DNA of 55,502 nucleotides from an uncultured Thermococci archaeon (GCA_964549615.1 CAZJVP010000052.1:1-55502); one strand, 5' to 3'. Shown: positions 28,816 through 38,555, counted from the first letter of the stretch. A program made the numbers and translations. Notes: a model not told the origin generated them from the sequence alone.

Positions 28816-30045
28816 ATGGAGTGGGTCGACGGCGGGGTGACATCTCCGGAGGGGTTCAGAGCATCCAGCGTGCGGGCCGGGATCAAGAAGGAAGGACTGG
28901 ACCTCGTCGTGGTGGACTGTCCGACCGGAGCCGCCTCCGCGGGACTTTTCACCTCCAATGCAGTCAAGGCGGCGCCCGTCATCGTTTCGATCCGGAACCT
29001 AAAGAGGTCCGGAGGAAGGACCCGGGCCGTCGTGATCAACTCGGGGAATGCGAACGCGTGTAACGGAAGAAGAGGAATCGAGGATGCGTACCGCATTGCC
29101 AGGAAATGTGCAAGATCGCTCAACACGTCGGTTTCGAGGGTTCTTCTAGCATCGACAGGCGTGATCGGCCGGCCTTTGCCGGTGGACAAGGTCCTTGCCG
29201 GGCTGGATCTGGCAATTCCCAACCTTGACTCGTCCAGATCGGCCTCCAAGGCGGCTGCGTCGGCCATAATGACGACGGACAGGGTACCCAAGGAAGCGGC
29301 CCTGAGGGCGACGGTGCGAGGCCGCTACTTCACCATCGGCGGGATGGCCAAGGGAGCAGGGATGATCCACCCGAACCTAGCAACCATGCTGGGCGTTGTG
29401 ACCACGGACGCTAGGATCGAGCCTCACCTTCTTGCCCGAGTCCTCAAGGAGGTGGCAGACGAGAGCTTCAACATGATTTCCATCGATAGGGACACGAGCA
29501 CGAACGACACCCTGATCGCCTTGGCCAGCGGCCTCTCGCCCGCCCCCGAGATCCGGGACAAGGGCGGGGGTCTGGGGGTCTTCAGAGAGGCCCTTTCGCA
29601 GGTCTGCATCAGCCTCGCAAAACAGATGGTGCGGGACGGTGAGGGGGCAACGAAGATCTTCGAGGTCGAGGTTTCCGGGGCAAGGACTCAGGCTGATGCG
29701 CGTGTATGTGCCCGCACGATCGCAGGTTCAAATCTTGTCAAGTCGGCCATCTTCGGATGCGACCCCAACTGGGGTAGGATCATGGCGGCCGCTGGTTACT
29801 CGGGGGCAGAGGTCAAGCAGGACAAGGTGAGAATCTCCCTTGAGACGTTGGACGGTGGGGCACTGGATTGGGTTATCCGCGGACAGCAGGTGTCGGATGA
29901 CAGAAATGAGCTGGCACGCAAGCTGCTGGGCGGAGAGAGTTTCCGGATCAAGCTGGACCTGGGCCTAGGACGATTCAGGGCCACGGCGTGGGGCTGCGAT
30001 CTTACCTACGATTACGTCAAGATCAACTCTCAGTACACGTCCTGA
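28816..30045 (+). CDS. argJ: Ornithine acetyltransferase / N-acetylglutamate synthase
   Basis: NSGNANA, STGVIG, IMTTD, KGAGMIHPNLATML (autoproteolysis site), DTSTND, DGEGATK and DPNWGRI. Confidence 0.96.
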   Translation: MEWVDGGVTSPEGFRASSVRAGIKKEGLDLVVVDCPTGAASAGLFTSNAVKAAPVIVSIRNLKRSGGRTRAVVINSGNANACNGRRGIEDAYRIARKCARSLNTSVSRVLLASTGVIGRPLPVDKVLAGLDLAIPNLDSSRSASKAAASAIMTTDRVPKEAALRATVRGRYFTIGGMAKGAGMIHPNLATMLGVVTTDARIEPHLLARVLKEVADESFNMISIDRDTSTNDTLIALASGLSPAPEIRDKGGGLGVFREALSQVCISLAKQMVRDGEGATKIFEVEVSGARTQADARVCARTIAGSNLVKSAIFGCDPNWGRIMAAAGYSGAEVKQDKVRISLETLDGGALDWVIRGQQVSDDRNELARKLLGGESFRIKLDLGLGRFRATAWGCDLTYDYVKINSQYTS

Positions 30046-30694
30046 GAGACTTGAAATGGCGGCCCAGGATCTCCGAGACCTTCAGCAGGTCCTGCCCACA
30101 TACGACGACGGTTGCCTTTCGGGCAACTTTCTCCGAACTCGGGTTAAACGCCACGGAGAAAGGAACGGACTCGAACATCCAGACGTCGTTCTCATCATTG
30201 CCGACGCACGCGCAGCATTCCAGGGGGATGCGAAGCTCCCGGGCGGTTTGACGAAGCACGAGCCCCTTCTGGTCAAAGCCACACCTTACCCTAACCCTGC
30301 CAGTGATCCTGCCGTTCGCAACCTCAACCTCGTTCGCCACGACCATCGCGATGCCGAGCATGCTCGCCGCCCGCTCGGCGACGGCCGAAATCCCAGTACT
30401 TATGATCATCGTCGCAACCCCGAGCGAGTGCGCCCGGGAGACTAGTTGAGACGCTCCTGTTCTGGGCCGAAGACTCGAGAGGTATCCGCTCAGTGCGGAG
30501 GCGTCCTTTCCCTCCCAGAGTGCTGCATCCATTCTGGCCCACTCTTCGTAGTCTATGTTGCCAGAGAAGAAGAGGGCCATGTTCCTTTCTCTGTCGTGGG
30601 TTGTGCCCAGCAGCTGGTGGTAACGCGCCCAACTGCTGTCATCCTCTATGAGCACGCCGTCGAGGTCCAGGGCGAGGAGCGCCCACGGTTTCAT
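30023..30694 (-). CDS. HAD-IB phosphatase (phosphoserine phosphatase-like)
   Basis: DLDGVL, ISTG, K and VGNDEND..M..AFNP. Confidence 0.82.
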   Translation of the reverse strand: MKPWALLALDLDGVLIEDDSSWARYHQLLGTTHDRERNMALFFSGNIDYEEWARMDAALWEGKDASALSGYLSSLRPRTGASQLVSRAHSLGVATMIISTGISAVAERAASMLGIAMVVANEVEVANGRITGRVRVRCGFDQKGLVLRQTARELRIPLECCACVGNDENDVWMFESVPFSVAFNPSSEKVARKATVVVCGQDLLKVSEILGRHFKSLRTCTES

Positions 30695-31212
30695 GCCCCG
30701 GCCTCCTGCAGGCCTTTGGACAGTGCGTCAAGCGAGCCCTCAATGCTTTCGAATTTGCAGCCCAGCATTCTGGCCAGCGCCTCGGCCTTGCTTTCGCCCC
30801 GTTTACTCGCCAGCGTCCGCACGTATACCACCTTGCGGACCCCCGATAGCAGGGCCCGGAGTACGGCATCCCGCACAACCCGGGGTTTTCCCTCCAGCCC
30901 AAATATGACATCGAGGTTCTCAAGCCAGCCGCCGGTAAGATAGACGGTTGCAGCTTGGCGTTCTGGCAACAGAAGGTCGATGCAGTCTCTCCCGGGAAGG
31001 ATCCGGATTCGACCGCGCTCTGCCACCGCAGCGAGGCCCCCGCAATCCCCACAGACCAGCAGCGTGTGGCCCTTGATCTGCGACTCGACGTAGGCGGCAA
31101 ACTTCGCCGGCTGCAATCTGTGGCACATGGGCTCGAAATAGTCGGCGGAGAGATCGGGCCTCAGGTACCGTAGCTCCCGGGCGAACACTCGGCAGGCCAA
31201 GACCTTGGGCAT
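30691..31212 (-). CDS. DUF1638-like protein
   Basis: LAC.VF..EL, H..P, GDCGG, DCIDLLL and YLTGGW pattern. Confidence 0.7.
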   Translation of the reverse strand: MPKVLACRVFARELRYLRPDLSADYFEPMCHRLQPAKFAAYVESQIKGHTLLVCGDCGGLAAVAERGRIRILPGRDCIDLLLPERQAATVYLTGGWLENLDVIFGLEGKPRVVRDAVLRALLSGVRKVVYVRTLASKRGESKAEALARMLGCKFESIEGSLDALSKGLQEAGA

Positions 31213-31294
31213 CGATCCGCCCTCGCAAGGTCAAGTGGGAAAAATGCTTCCGGCGACGACGCACGAGACATTTTTGAGGTCGGGATGGGCGCGC

Positions 31295-32581
31295 ATGGGG
31301 ATGCGTTCTTCGGGCGAGTTCTCCTTTCGGCTCTTTCTCCTAATCGCCTTCCTAGTGCTTGGGCAGACGGGGCTGGTTGCGGCCAAGAACGCAGATGCAA
31401 GGTCGACCGGAAACTGGGTCGTGACCGGAAGCGAGACGATCATCGACGTGGACGAGGTATGGAACGGAAACATAACTGTCTTGGCCAACGGCCAGCTTAC
31501 CATAACCAACTCGGTCCTGGTCTTCAACTCCTCGAGCCTCGTGCGCTACGGCATAACGGTCGACAAGGGGGGAATGCTTGTAGTGAGCAACTCCCGACTT
31601 GCATCCGTCAACTCCAGCGAGGGCTTCTGGTTCCTGGCCGAAGGGCTACTTGACGTGAGGAATTCGATAATCGAAAGCGTCTTCGCCGGGACGAGCGGCC
31701 TGAACTGGATCGGCGGATTCAGGATAACGTCAGACAACCCCGTAATCCAGAACACGCTTCTCAACGGGTCCGCGGGGTACTTCGTCAGGTTCGAGGGGTG
31801 CAGGAACGTGCTCTTCTCCGGCAACACCATAACCGGCGCCTCGACGGCGCTCCTGCTCAACCGATCAACGGGCGTGGTGAAGGACAACGTTTTCACGAAC
31901 AACTCCGACCGGCACATCGTCATTGAGGCCTGCGACGGCGTGGATGTTCTGAATAACAAGCTCAACGACACCGGCGCTGGGGCCTTCATCGTGTCAGGTT
32001 CCAGGAACATAAGGAGCGTGGGCAACTACTACGAGGGCGGCCTCTATGGGGTCTACACAAAGGCAGCAAGCCTACAGATGGAGCGGGACAACATAACGGA
32101 ATCCTTGGTCAATCTTGAGGGAGTGGAGAATTCGAAGGTTACGCTCATCGATTGCTTGTACGACAAGACCACGATAAATGCAAAGACGGGGTCAGTCGTG
32201 ACCCTTAAGCGCGTGGTCAGGGTGCGGGTGATCGTCGGCAAGAATCCGGTTTCCGGCGCGATCGTCACGGTGCAAGATTCGAAGAAGAACCAGCTCGCGG
32301 AGGCCACAACGGATGGAGATGGGAGGGCGCAGTTCACGATCATAGAATCCGTGGTAACAGACAATGGCATATCCGAAGGGGGCCCGTTTACGTTCAAGGC
32401 CCTCAAGGGCCTTCGCTCGTTTTCGGGGAGGTTCGCCACGATAGGAACGGACGAGCTTGACCTGAAGATATCCCTGCCTTGGGACCTCATCGTCGGCGCC
32501 GGGGCATTTCTCGTCCTCGTGTTATACGCCGTCTCAAGGCCGCCCAAAACCAAGAAGTCGAGAAGGCCGCGGAAAGCCTAG
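31295..32581 (+). CDS. Secreted right-handed parallel beta-helix protein with an Ig-like domain and C-terminal membrane anchor
   Basis: Signal peptide, Asn-rich beta-helix repeats, PVSGAIVTV...TTDGDG motif, TM LIVGAGAFLVLVLYAV and a basic tail. Confidence 0.75.
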   Translation: MGMRSSGEFSFRLFLLIAFLVLGQTGLVAAKNADARSTGNWVVTGSETIIDVDEVWNGNITVLANGQLTITNSVLVFNSSSLVRYGITVDKGGMLVVSNSRLASVNSSEGFWFLAEGLLDVRNSIIESVFAGTSGLNWIGGFRITSDNPVIQNTLLNGSAGYFVRFEGCRNVLFSGNTITGASTALLLNRSTGVVKDNVFTNNSDRHIVIEACDGVDVLNNKLNDTGAGAFIVSGSRNIRSVGNYYEGGLYGVYTKAASLQMERDNITESLVNLEGVENSKVTLIDCLYDKTTINAKTGSVVTLKRVVRVRVIVGKNPVSGAIVTVQDSKKNQLAEATTDGDGRAQFTIIESVVTDNGISEGGPFTFKALKGLRSFSGRFATIGTDELDLKISLPWDLIVGAGAFLVLVLYAVSRPPKTKKSRRPRKA

Positions 32582-32582
32582 A

Positions 32583-33170
32583 TCACTTCATGCGGAACAA
32601 CGTCTTCATGACGTCTACGAAGCCTGATTTGGGCTTCTTGCCGAGCACGATCATGTCGTAACACTTCGTGCACATGCGGTCCTCCTTCCTGAAGCATTCC
32701 GCGCAGACCCCACGTCCGCATTTGGGGCATACGATCTGGGAAGGGATGTCCAGCGGCTTTCTGCAGTTCGGGCAGACCCTTCGGGCGACGTCGGAGCCGC
32801 GCTCTGCGACCCCGTAGGAGGACTCCACCATCCTTCGGATGCCGTCGTCCGGCAAGAACCCTTGCCTGTTTACAGCGATCAGCGTCGCGATCGTGTGACG
32901 GCAGATCGTCCCCGCCGCCAGGCCGCAGGAAAGGCATCGGGGAGAAAGCGCGTTCAGGTCAAATTCAACCTTGGACTCGGTGCGTGAGATTGAAGCGACC
33001 CCGTAGTCCCTAAAGATGCCCCTGCCCGGATCAGTCAGCCTGTGGTCCTTCTCCAGCCGAATCGCGCCGGTTGCTAGGTCCAAACCCCTCCGGACCAAGT
33101 CTTCTCCAAACCTCTGCTTGAGCAGGCTGAGCAACTCGCCTTCGTCCAATTGCGATCCCGCTCTAACCAC
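32583..33170 (-). CDS. SWIM-like zinc finger protein with a C-terminal Cys8 zinc-binding domain
   Basis: CLSC...ICRH, then CPNC, CPKC, CAEC and CTKC. The start is uncertain (33191 or 33170). Confidence 0.65.
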   Translation of the reverse strand: MVRAGSQLDEGELLSLLKQRFGEDLVRRGLDLATGAIRLEKDHRLTDPGRGIFRDYGVASISRTESKVEFDLNALSPRCLSCGLAAGTICRHTIATLIAVNRQGFLPDDGIRRMVESSYGVAERGSDVARRVCPNCRKPLDIPSQIVCPKCGRGVCAECFRKEDRMCTKCYDMIVLGKKPKSGFVDVMKTLFRMK

Positions 33171-33381
33171 TGAGGGGTTTCCAGTTCCCAATGTTCTTCT
33201 CTTGGAGAACCTTGATCCCGGCGTCGTCCAGCTCCACGAGGACCTGCCACATCTTGACCTTGTATCCCTTCTGGGAGGCTTCCTTTCCCATCATGAAGCT
33301 CTTGATGTGGTCCCGTATCTCCGCCTTGGCATATGCGAAATCAAGTTCCGTATCGAAGACTACGTACGGCATCGGGTTCAT
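33163..33381 (-). CDS. Small hypothetical protein (about 72 aa)
   Basis: Protein-like composition; ATTAATAG TATA-like element about 30 nt upstream of ATG 33381; overlaps the start of the zinc-finger gene. Confidence 0.55.
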   Translation of the reverse strand: MNPMPYVVFDTELDFAYAKAEIRDHIKSFMMGKEASQKGYKVKMWQVLVELDDAGIKVLQEKNIGNWKPLSG

Positions 33382-33524
33382 CCCGAACTTTGGGCTGCAA
33401 GCGACCCTTCTATTAATGTATTTGCATCGATCATGGGGGCTTAGGGGTTCGGGAACGAGCAACCTCACGCAGCTTCCGAGGCCGCGAATCCAACACGATA
33501 TCTTTCATGGGACTGCGGGAACCG

Positions 33525-34430
33525 TCATATGCCTCTGTGCAGCGGTTCTGCTCCCGCTTGGCGTCCGGCTTTCCTCAGCCGATTCCTCGCGATCGCTATC
33601 AGGATCAGTGCGCCAACGAAGAATACGGTGGCCCAGGAAAAGAGGTAGGATGCCGCCAGCGATGCAATGACCTTCCCGTCACCGTCTGCCATGTTCCTGA
33701 CGATGTAGCTCTCAAGATTGGCCCGCGAAGCAACCTTGCGGATAGCCTGCTTGTAGTCGCCGATCCCATCCACAAGGCCCAGCTCAAGGGCCTCGGCTCC
33801 CGTGTACGCCGATCCGTTAGCGATTTCTCGCACCCTCTCCAGCGTCAGGTTCGGCCTACCGCTCGCAATGTCCTGGACGAGGATCTCATACGTCCGGTTG
33901 AGCTCCATCTGGATGGTCTCGTTCTCTTCCGCGGTTGGAGACCTCCACGGCTCAAAGAGGTCTTTGGCCTGACCCGTCTTCCACACCCAATACTTTATCC
34001 CTTCCTTCTCAAGCCACTTGCTATAATCCTCCCAGATCGAGATCACTCCCAAGGCGCCCGTGATGGTATTGGCATGGGCGAGGATCTCGTCGGCCGCAGA
34101 CGCAATGTAGTAGGCGCCAGACGCGGCCAACTCATCCATTATGGCGATATTGGGCTTGGTCATGTTCTCCAGGTACCTCCGGATCTCCATGCACGCGAAT
34201 GCGGCCCCTCCCGGGCTATTGACGTAGAGGACGACGGCCTTGACCCGGGGGTCGTCGCGAGCCGCACCAATCTGGTCCGTGATATCGCGGAACGAATAGA
34301 TCGGGCCCATAATCTCGACGACCCCGATCTCCGTCCCCATCCGAAGGTACGTTGAGCTTAATCCTAGGCCGACGTACGCTATGCCCACCGCGACGGCCAG
34401 CAATGACAGAAACGTCCGTTGAGAAACCAC
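33525..34430 (-). CDS. sppA: Signal peptide peptidase SppA (S49)
   Basis: VKAVVLYVNSPGG, AASGAYYIAS, GALGV, KTG..KD and EALELGLVD; N- and C-terminal TMs. Confidence 0.9.
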   Translation of the reverse strand: MVSQRTFLSLLAVAVGIAYVGLGLSSTYLRMGTEIGVVEIMGPIYSFRDITDQIGAARDDPRVKAVVLYVNSPGGAAFACMEIRRYLENMTKPNIAIMDELAASGAYYIASAADEILAHANTITGALGVISIWEDYSKWLEKEGIKYWVWKTGQAKDLFEPWRSPTAEENETIQMELNRTYEILVQDIASGRPNLTLERVREIANGSAYTGAEALELGLVDGIGDYKQAIRKVASRANLESYIVRNMADGDGKVIASLAASYLFSWATVFFVGALILIAIARNRLRKAGRQAGAEPLHRGI

Positions 34431-34636
34431 CCGTCCGACCTCTCCAAGATCGGGGGGCTTGAGTTAATAGCTTTTTGCTGGCCGTGACCGCGTGAACGAC
34501 TGCTCAGGGTTCCCCAACCTGACCATGCGTGCTGGATCCTGACCCGGGCACGATCGATGGGTAACATTTAAAGCGACGCCGGAGGCGGGCCCATAAGGTT
34601 CAACAAACGAATTCTTGCGGCTAGGCGGGGTCGACT

Positions 34637-35287
34637 ATGATGGGCGAAATTGAGGAGAGTTTGAGGAAGGGCACTACTACGGTCGGTTTGGTTTGTGACG
34701 GCGGGGTCGTTTTCGCTGCTGACACTCGTGCAACCTCTGGGTCTTTCATTGCCTCCAAGAGAGCCCAGAAGATCTTTGAGATAGAGCCGCATGTGGGGCT
34801 GTCGACGGCCGGCGCTGTAGGGGACATCCAGGCCTTGGTTCTGCTCCTGCAGGCGGAGGCTAGGCTGTTCCGGATGAGGACGAAGGGCCCCATCTCCGTG
34901 AAGGCTTTGGCCACCCTGACGGCGAACATCGTTCATGCACAGAGGTACTTTCCGTACCTTGTCCAGTTGTTGATGGGAGGCATGGACAAGTCAGGTCCCA
35001 GCCTTTATGCGGTTGATCTCTGGGGCGGTCTGTCGGAGGAGAAGGTTGCTTCTTCCGGTTCCGGTTCTCCAGTTGCCCTAGGCGTGCTGGAGCAAGGATA
35101 CGATCCTGGACTGTCCCTGGAAAGGGGCTTGGAGTTGGCTCTGGCTTCCGTCCGGGTAGCCGTCGAAAGGGACGCGGCCACGGGCAACGTGATCGAGGCT
35201 GCTATTGTGGACGAGGCTGGATTTAGGATGGTCGATAGAGACCGCGTGGAGGGCATCCTGAAGAAGGTTCCCGTTTCAGCGTACTGA
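34637..35287 (+). CDS. psmB: Proteasome beta subunit
   Basis: Propeptide then KG|TTTVG catalytic Thr; AADTRAT, GSGS and ERDAATG. Confidence 0.95.
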   Translation: MMGEIEESLRKGTTTVGLVCDGGVVFAADTRATSGSFIASKRAQKIFEIEPHVGLSTAGAVGDIQALVLLLQAEARLFRMRTKGPISVKALATLTANIVHAQRYFPYLVQLLMGGMDKSGPSLYAVDLWGGLSEEKVASSGSGSPVALGVLEQGYDPGLSLERGLELALASVRVAVERDAATGNVIEAAIVDEAGFRMVDRDRVEGILKKVPVSAY

Positions 35288-35324
35288 GTGGTATTTCGTT
35301 TGTGCTTGATGGGAGGTGTTTGTG

Positions 35325-36047
35325 TTGGCCTTTATGCCTGAGGGCGCGATGGGTTACGACCGGGCCATTACGGTCTTCAGTCCGGATGGCAAGCTGTACC
35401 AAGTTGAATATGCCGAGAGGGCCATCGAGAAAGGCGCGACCGCCGTGGGCGTCAAGTGTGCCGAGGGCGTCGTGCTTCTGGTCGAGAAGCGATTCGTTTC
35501 TCCGCTGATCGAGCCGAGGTCGTATGAGAAGATCTTTCGGATCGACGACCATGTGGGGACGGCCACTTCCGGTCTGATCGGCGATGCTCGGGTCTTGGTT
35601 GACAGGGCCAGGCTCGATTGCCAGATCTTTCGTTTGACCTACGGCGAGCCCATCGGCGTGGAGGAGTTGGCCAAGAAGATTGGCGATTTCAAGCAAATGT
35701 ACACCCAGTACGGTGGCATCCGGCCTTTTGGGGCCTCGCTCCTGATTGGCGGCGTGGACCATGACGGCCCACAGGTCTACGTGACGCACCCGAGCGGCGC
35801 GCTTTACGAGTTCAAGGCGAAGGCGATCGGACAGAACAACAAGGCCGTCAACGATATTCTGGAGAAGAAGTACTCCTCAGTTCGCTCCCTGGACGATGCG
35901 ATCAGCCTTTCCCTAGAGGCCTTGGGCAGCACGATCGAGGGCGGACTCACGAGGGAGAACGTCGAGATGGCCCTGATCAGAACCGACACCGCCAGGTTTG
36001 AGAAGGTCTCCGACGAGGTCATCCAGAAGTACCTTCCCAAGAAGTAG
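35325..36047 (+). CDS. psmA: Proteasome alpha subunit
   Basis: GYDRAITVFSPDGKLYQVEYA and RPFGASLL; GGAGGTG RBS. The start lies between 35316 and 35325. Confidence 0.96.
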   Translation: MAFMPEGAMGYDRAITVFSPDGKLYQVEYAERAIEKGATAVGVKCAEGVVLLVEKRFVSPLIEPRSYEKIFRIDDHVGTATSGLIGDARVLVDRARLDCQIFRLTYGEPIGVEELAKKIGDFKQMYTQYGGIRPFGASLLIGGVDHDGPQVYVTHPSGALYEFKAKAIGQNNKAVNDILEKKYSSVRSLDDAISLSLEALGSTIEGGLTRENVEMALIRTDTARFEKVSDEVIQKYLPKK

Positions 36048-36063
36048 GACCCGTGCTCCTCTG

Positions 36064-36633
36064 CTATCCTGGATGACGACCGGCCTGCGTCGGCTTCGTC
36101 TTTGGCAAACCGAGCATCTCGACGCGTTTCCCGCGCGCAAGAGGAACTATCCTCCGCATTGCCCCAGCGAACTCGGCGTCCAGCTCCCTGCCCTCGAAGA
36201 GCCTGTCAAGAAAGATGGCGAGGCTTGCGACCTCGGAATGCGGCTGGTTCCCGATCGAAACATTGTAGTCAACGAGCCCGTAGACCTTTCCCGGGACCTT
36301 CTCGGATCCGACCACGACGAGAAGGTCCTCCCGAGCCGCTCTTGATCTTATTTCGGCAATGACGTCCTTGATAGGCAGCCCGTACATGGTAAGGTGGACC
36401 TTCAGCCCCCGGAACCCCTCCACGCACCTTTGCCAATTCCTTTCGTAGGCGAGCTTGAACTCCCCTCCCCAGTTGTCGACCACCCTTTTCAGGGACGAGA
36501 GGATCCGATCATCCCGCTCGCCCGAGAGTATCATGCCCCGTGCACCCAGGGCCCTCGCGGTCAGGCCGACGTGGGTGGTCATCCTCATGTCCCTCGCTTT
36601 TCTGTGACCCAATCTAAGCACAGTCACCTTCAC
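36064..36633 (-). CDS. trm56: tRNA (cytidine56-2'-O)-methyltransferase
   Basis: VLRLGHR..RD.R.TTHVGLTARALGA, VHLTMYG, VGSEKVP and NQPHSEVA. Confidence 0.95.
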   Translation of the reverse strand: MKVTVLRLGHRKARDMRMTTHVGLTARALGARGMILSGERDDRILSSLKRVVDNWGGEFKLAYERNWQRCVEGFRGLKVHLTMYGLPIKDVIAEIRSRAAREDLLVVVGSEKVPGKVYGLVDYNVSIGNQPHSEVASLAIFLDRLFEGRELDAEFAGAMRRIVPLARGKRVEMLGLPKTKPTQAGRHPG

Positions 36634-36714
36634 AAGGCAAACCCCGATTCCACGCGCCTCTTATCGCCGAAATAAGGCCCCAGAGAGGCTATTTCGTCCT
36701 AGAAAGCCCGTCTG

Positions 36715-36735
36715 GCAACATTTAAATATTTTTGA
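36715..36735. promoter_or_regulatory. AT-rich TATA region between divergent trm56 and tfe
   Basis: CATTTAAATATTTTT in a GC-rich background, upstream of both starts. Confidence 0.5.
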
Positions 36736-36778
36736 CGATCAATTCTAGATAGAACCACTTCTCCTCGAGGCTTCTACC

Positions 36779-37282
36779 TTGGAGAGGGACTTAGGGGAAT
36801 ACATTCGGGCAAACATCGGGGAGGAAGCCCTGAGGGTTGCGGATACCATCTCGGGCAGAGAACTGACCGACGAGGAGATATCAAAGATAACCGGCTTCAG
36901 GATCAACGACGTGAGGAGCTCGCTCTACCGCCTCTACGACTACAGGCTGGCTTTCTACAGGAGGTCCCGCGACCCCAAGACCGGGTGGTTCATCTATCAC
37001 TGGAGGCTTGACCCAGACAGCCGCATCAGGGTGCTCGAGAACCAGAGGCGAAGGGATCTCAAGGTCCTAAGGTCGAGGCTCGAATACGAGGAGCAGAACA
37101 TCTTCTTCGTTTGCAAGGCTGGCAACTGCTCCCGTTTCACCTTCGAGATTGCGGCCGACAACGGATTCAAATGCCCAAACTGCGGTTCAATGCTCGAGCA
37201 CCACGACAACACGGGGATCGTGATGAGCCTGAGATCCAAGATCGAGCGACTTGAGTCTGGCTCAGGCGGAGAATCCGAATGA
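36779..37282 (+). CDS. tfe: Transcription factor E (TFIIE alpha homolog)
   Basis: TDEEIS..TG...NDVR..LY.L, RD..TGWFIYHW and zinc ribbon C...C...FKCPNCG. Confidence 0.93.
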   Translation: MERDLGEYIRANIGEEALRVADTISGRELTDEEISKITGFRINDVRSSLYRLYDYRLAFYRRSRDPKTGWFIYHWRLDPDSRIRVLENQRRRDLKVLRSRLEYEEQNIFFVCKAGNCSRFTFEIAADNGFKCPNCGSMLEHHDNTGIVMSLRSKIERLESGSGGESE

Positions 37283-37827
37283 GGCCCTCCAAGTCGGAGG
37301 TCCTCGCGCTCATGCGCGAGAAAGGAGCATCGAAAGAGGTCTTGAACCACAGCCTGAAGGTCCTCGACGTTGCAGCTTCGATCGCGCACGACATCCAAGC
37401 GAGGGGAGTGAAGCTGGATTCCGAGCTCGTGCATCTGGGTGCCCTTCTCCACGACCTGGGTCGGATCAAGACGAACAGCCTTCGGCACGGGTTGGCTGGC
37501 GCGGACATGATAAGAAACGATCCAGCGTTCGCAGCTTTGCTCAGTGAGGAGGACCGGGAAGCCCTAGCAAGGATCTGTGAACGCCATTTGGGCGCCGGAA
37601 TCCCGGCCGAGGACGCGGCCAAGCTCGGGCTTCCGCCCCGCGACTACGTGCCGGATACCCTGGAGGAGAAGATCGTCACCCATGCGGACAACCTAGTGTG
37701 GAACCGGATACTCACCCTTGAGGAAAGCCGGAGGGCCTTCGAGAGGGAGTTTGGCAAGGACAGCCCCATCGTGAAGCGGATCATCGACCTGGGCGATGAG
37801 ATAGAAAGGCTGGCTGGACGGATATGA
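37279..37827 (+). CDS. HD-domain protein (TIGR00295-like)
   Basis: H...GALLHDLGR, HG..GA, ERHLGAGI and EEKIVTHADN. Confidence 0.88.
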   Translation: MRPSKSEVLALMREKGASKEVLNHSLKVLDVAASIAHDIQARGVKLDSELVHLGALLHDLGRIKTNSLRHGLAGADMIRNDPAFAALLSEEDREALARICERHLGAGIPAEDAAKLGLPPRDYVPDTLEEKIVTHADNLVWNRILTLEESRRAFEREFGKDSPIVKRIIDLGDEIERLAGRI

Positions 37828-38555
37828 GGGAAGTCACGGTCCTGGAGAAGATATATCGGAATGCCAAGCAGGCCAAGGCAAGCTTGGCCAGGATGGTGAA
37901 CGAGCTATTGGAACTCGATGCCACCGTGGCATTCGTCTCGAAGGGGGCAAGAGAGTGGGCCACGATCGGTCTCGAGGGGCCAGACGAGGAGGTGGCGGCG
38001 AAGTACGTCGCTTCCCGGCTGGGCACTGTGGCGAGGCTGGAGGAGTTGGCCGAAGGGCAAATCCGCAGGGGAAAGATCATCGACATCGGGAAGGTGGGCT
38101 ACGGCATCTACGTTGACGTCGGGGCTTTTGACTCAAGCGGCTCGCCTGTGGATGCACTGATTCCGGCATTCTCCCTCAAGAGAAGCCTCGGGGTGCAGGG
38201 AAACATCGGCGTCAAACGCATCGCCAGCCTTCTGGGACTCATGGACTATCTGCCGCTAAACACCAGGATCGTGAAGGTCGATCTTGGCGCATCGGAGATC
38301 ATGGGAAGGCTCACGGTCGCGCAGGCCCGGCACCTGGAGCGCAGGGGCAACAGGTTCTACGTTTGCGGGGAGACGAGGGGAAGAATTAAAAACGCGATCG
38401 AGAGAACCGGAAACACGGCCAGGATCCTGAGGGTGAAGAGGCTCGGTCTCCTGGAATGCGAGGTTGAGTGCCGCAAAGGCGTAAAGCCGCAAGAGGTGCT
38501 TCGCCAGATCGGCCCGATGCTCAACGCCAAGGTGACCGTTCCCAGGGGCCTGTAG
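37824..38555 (+). CDS. DUF2110 family protein
   Basis: VTVLEKIY, G.DEEVA and GKVGYGIYVDVG; the usual archaeal neighbour of tfe. Confidence 0.75.
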   Translation: MREVTVLEKIYRNAKQAKASLARMVNELLELDATVAFVSKGAREWATIGLEGPDEEVAAKYVASRLGTVARLEELAEGQIRRGKIIDIGKVGYGIYVDVGAFDSSGSPVDALIPAFSLKRSLGVQGNIGVKRIASLLGLMDYLPLNTRIVKVDLGASEIMGRLTVAQARHLERRGNRFYVCGETRGRIKNAIERTGNTARILRVKRLGLLECEVECRKGVKPQEVLRQIGPMLNAKVTVPRGL

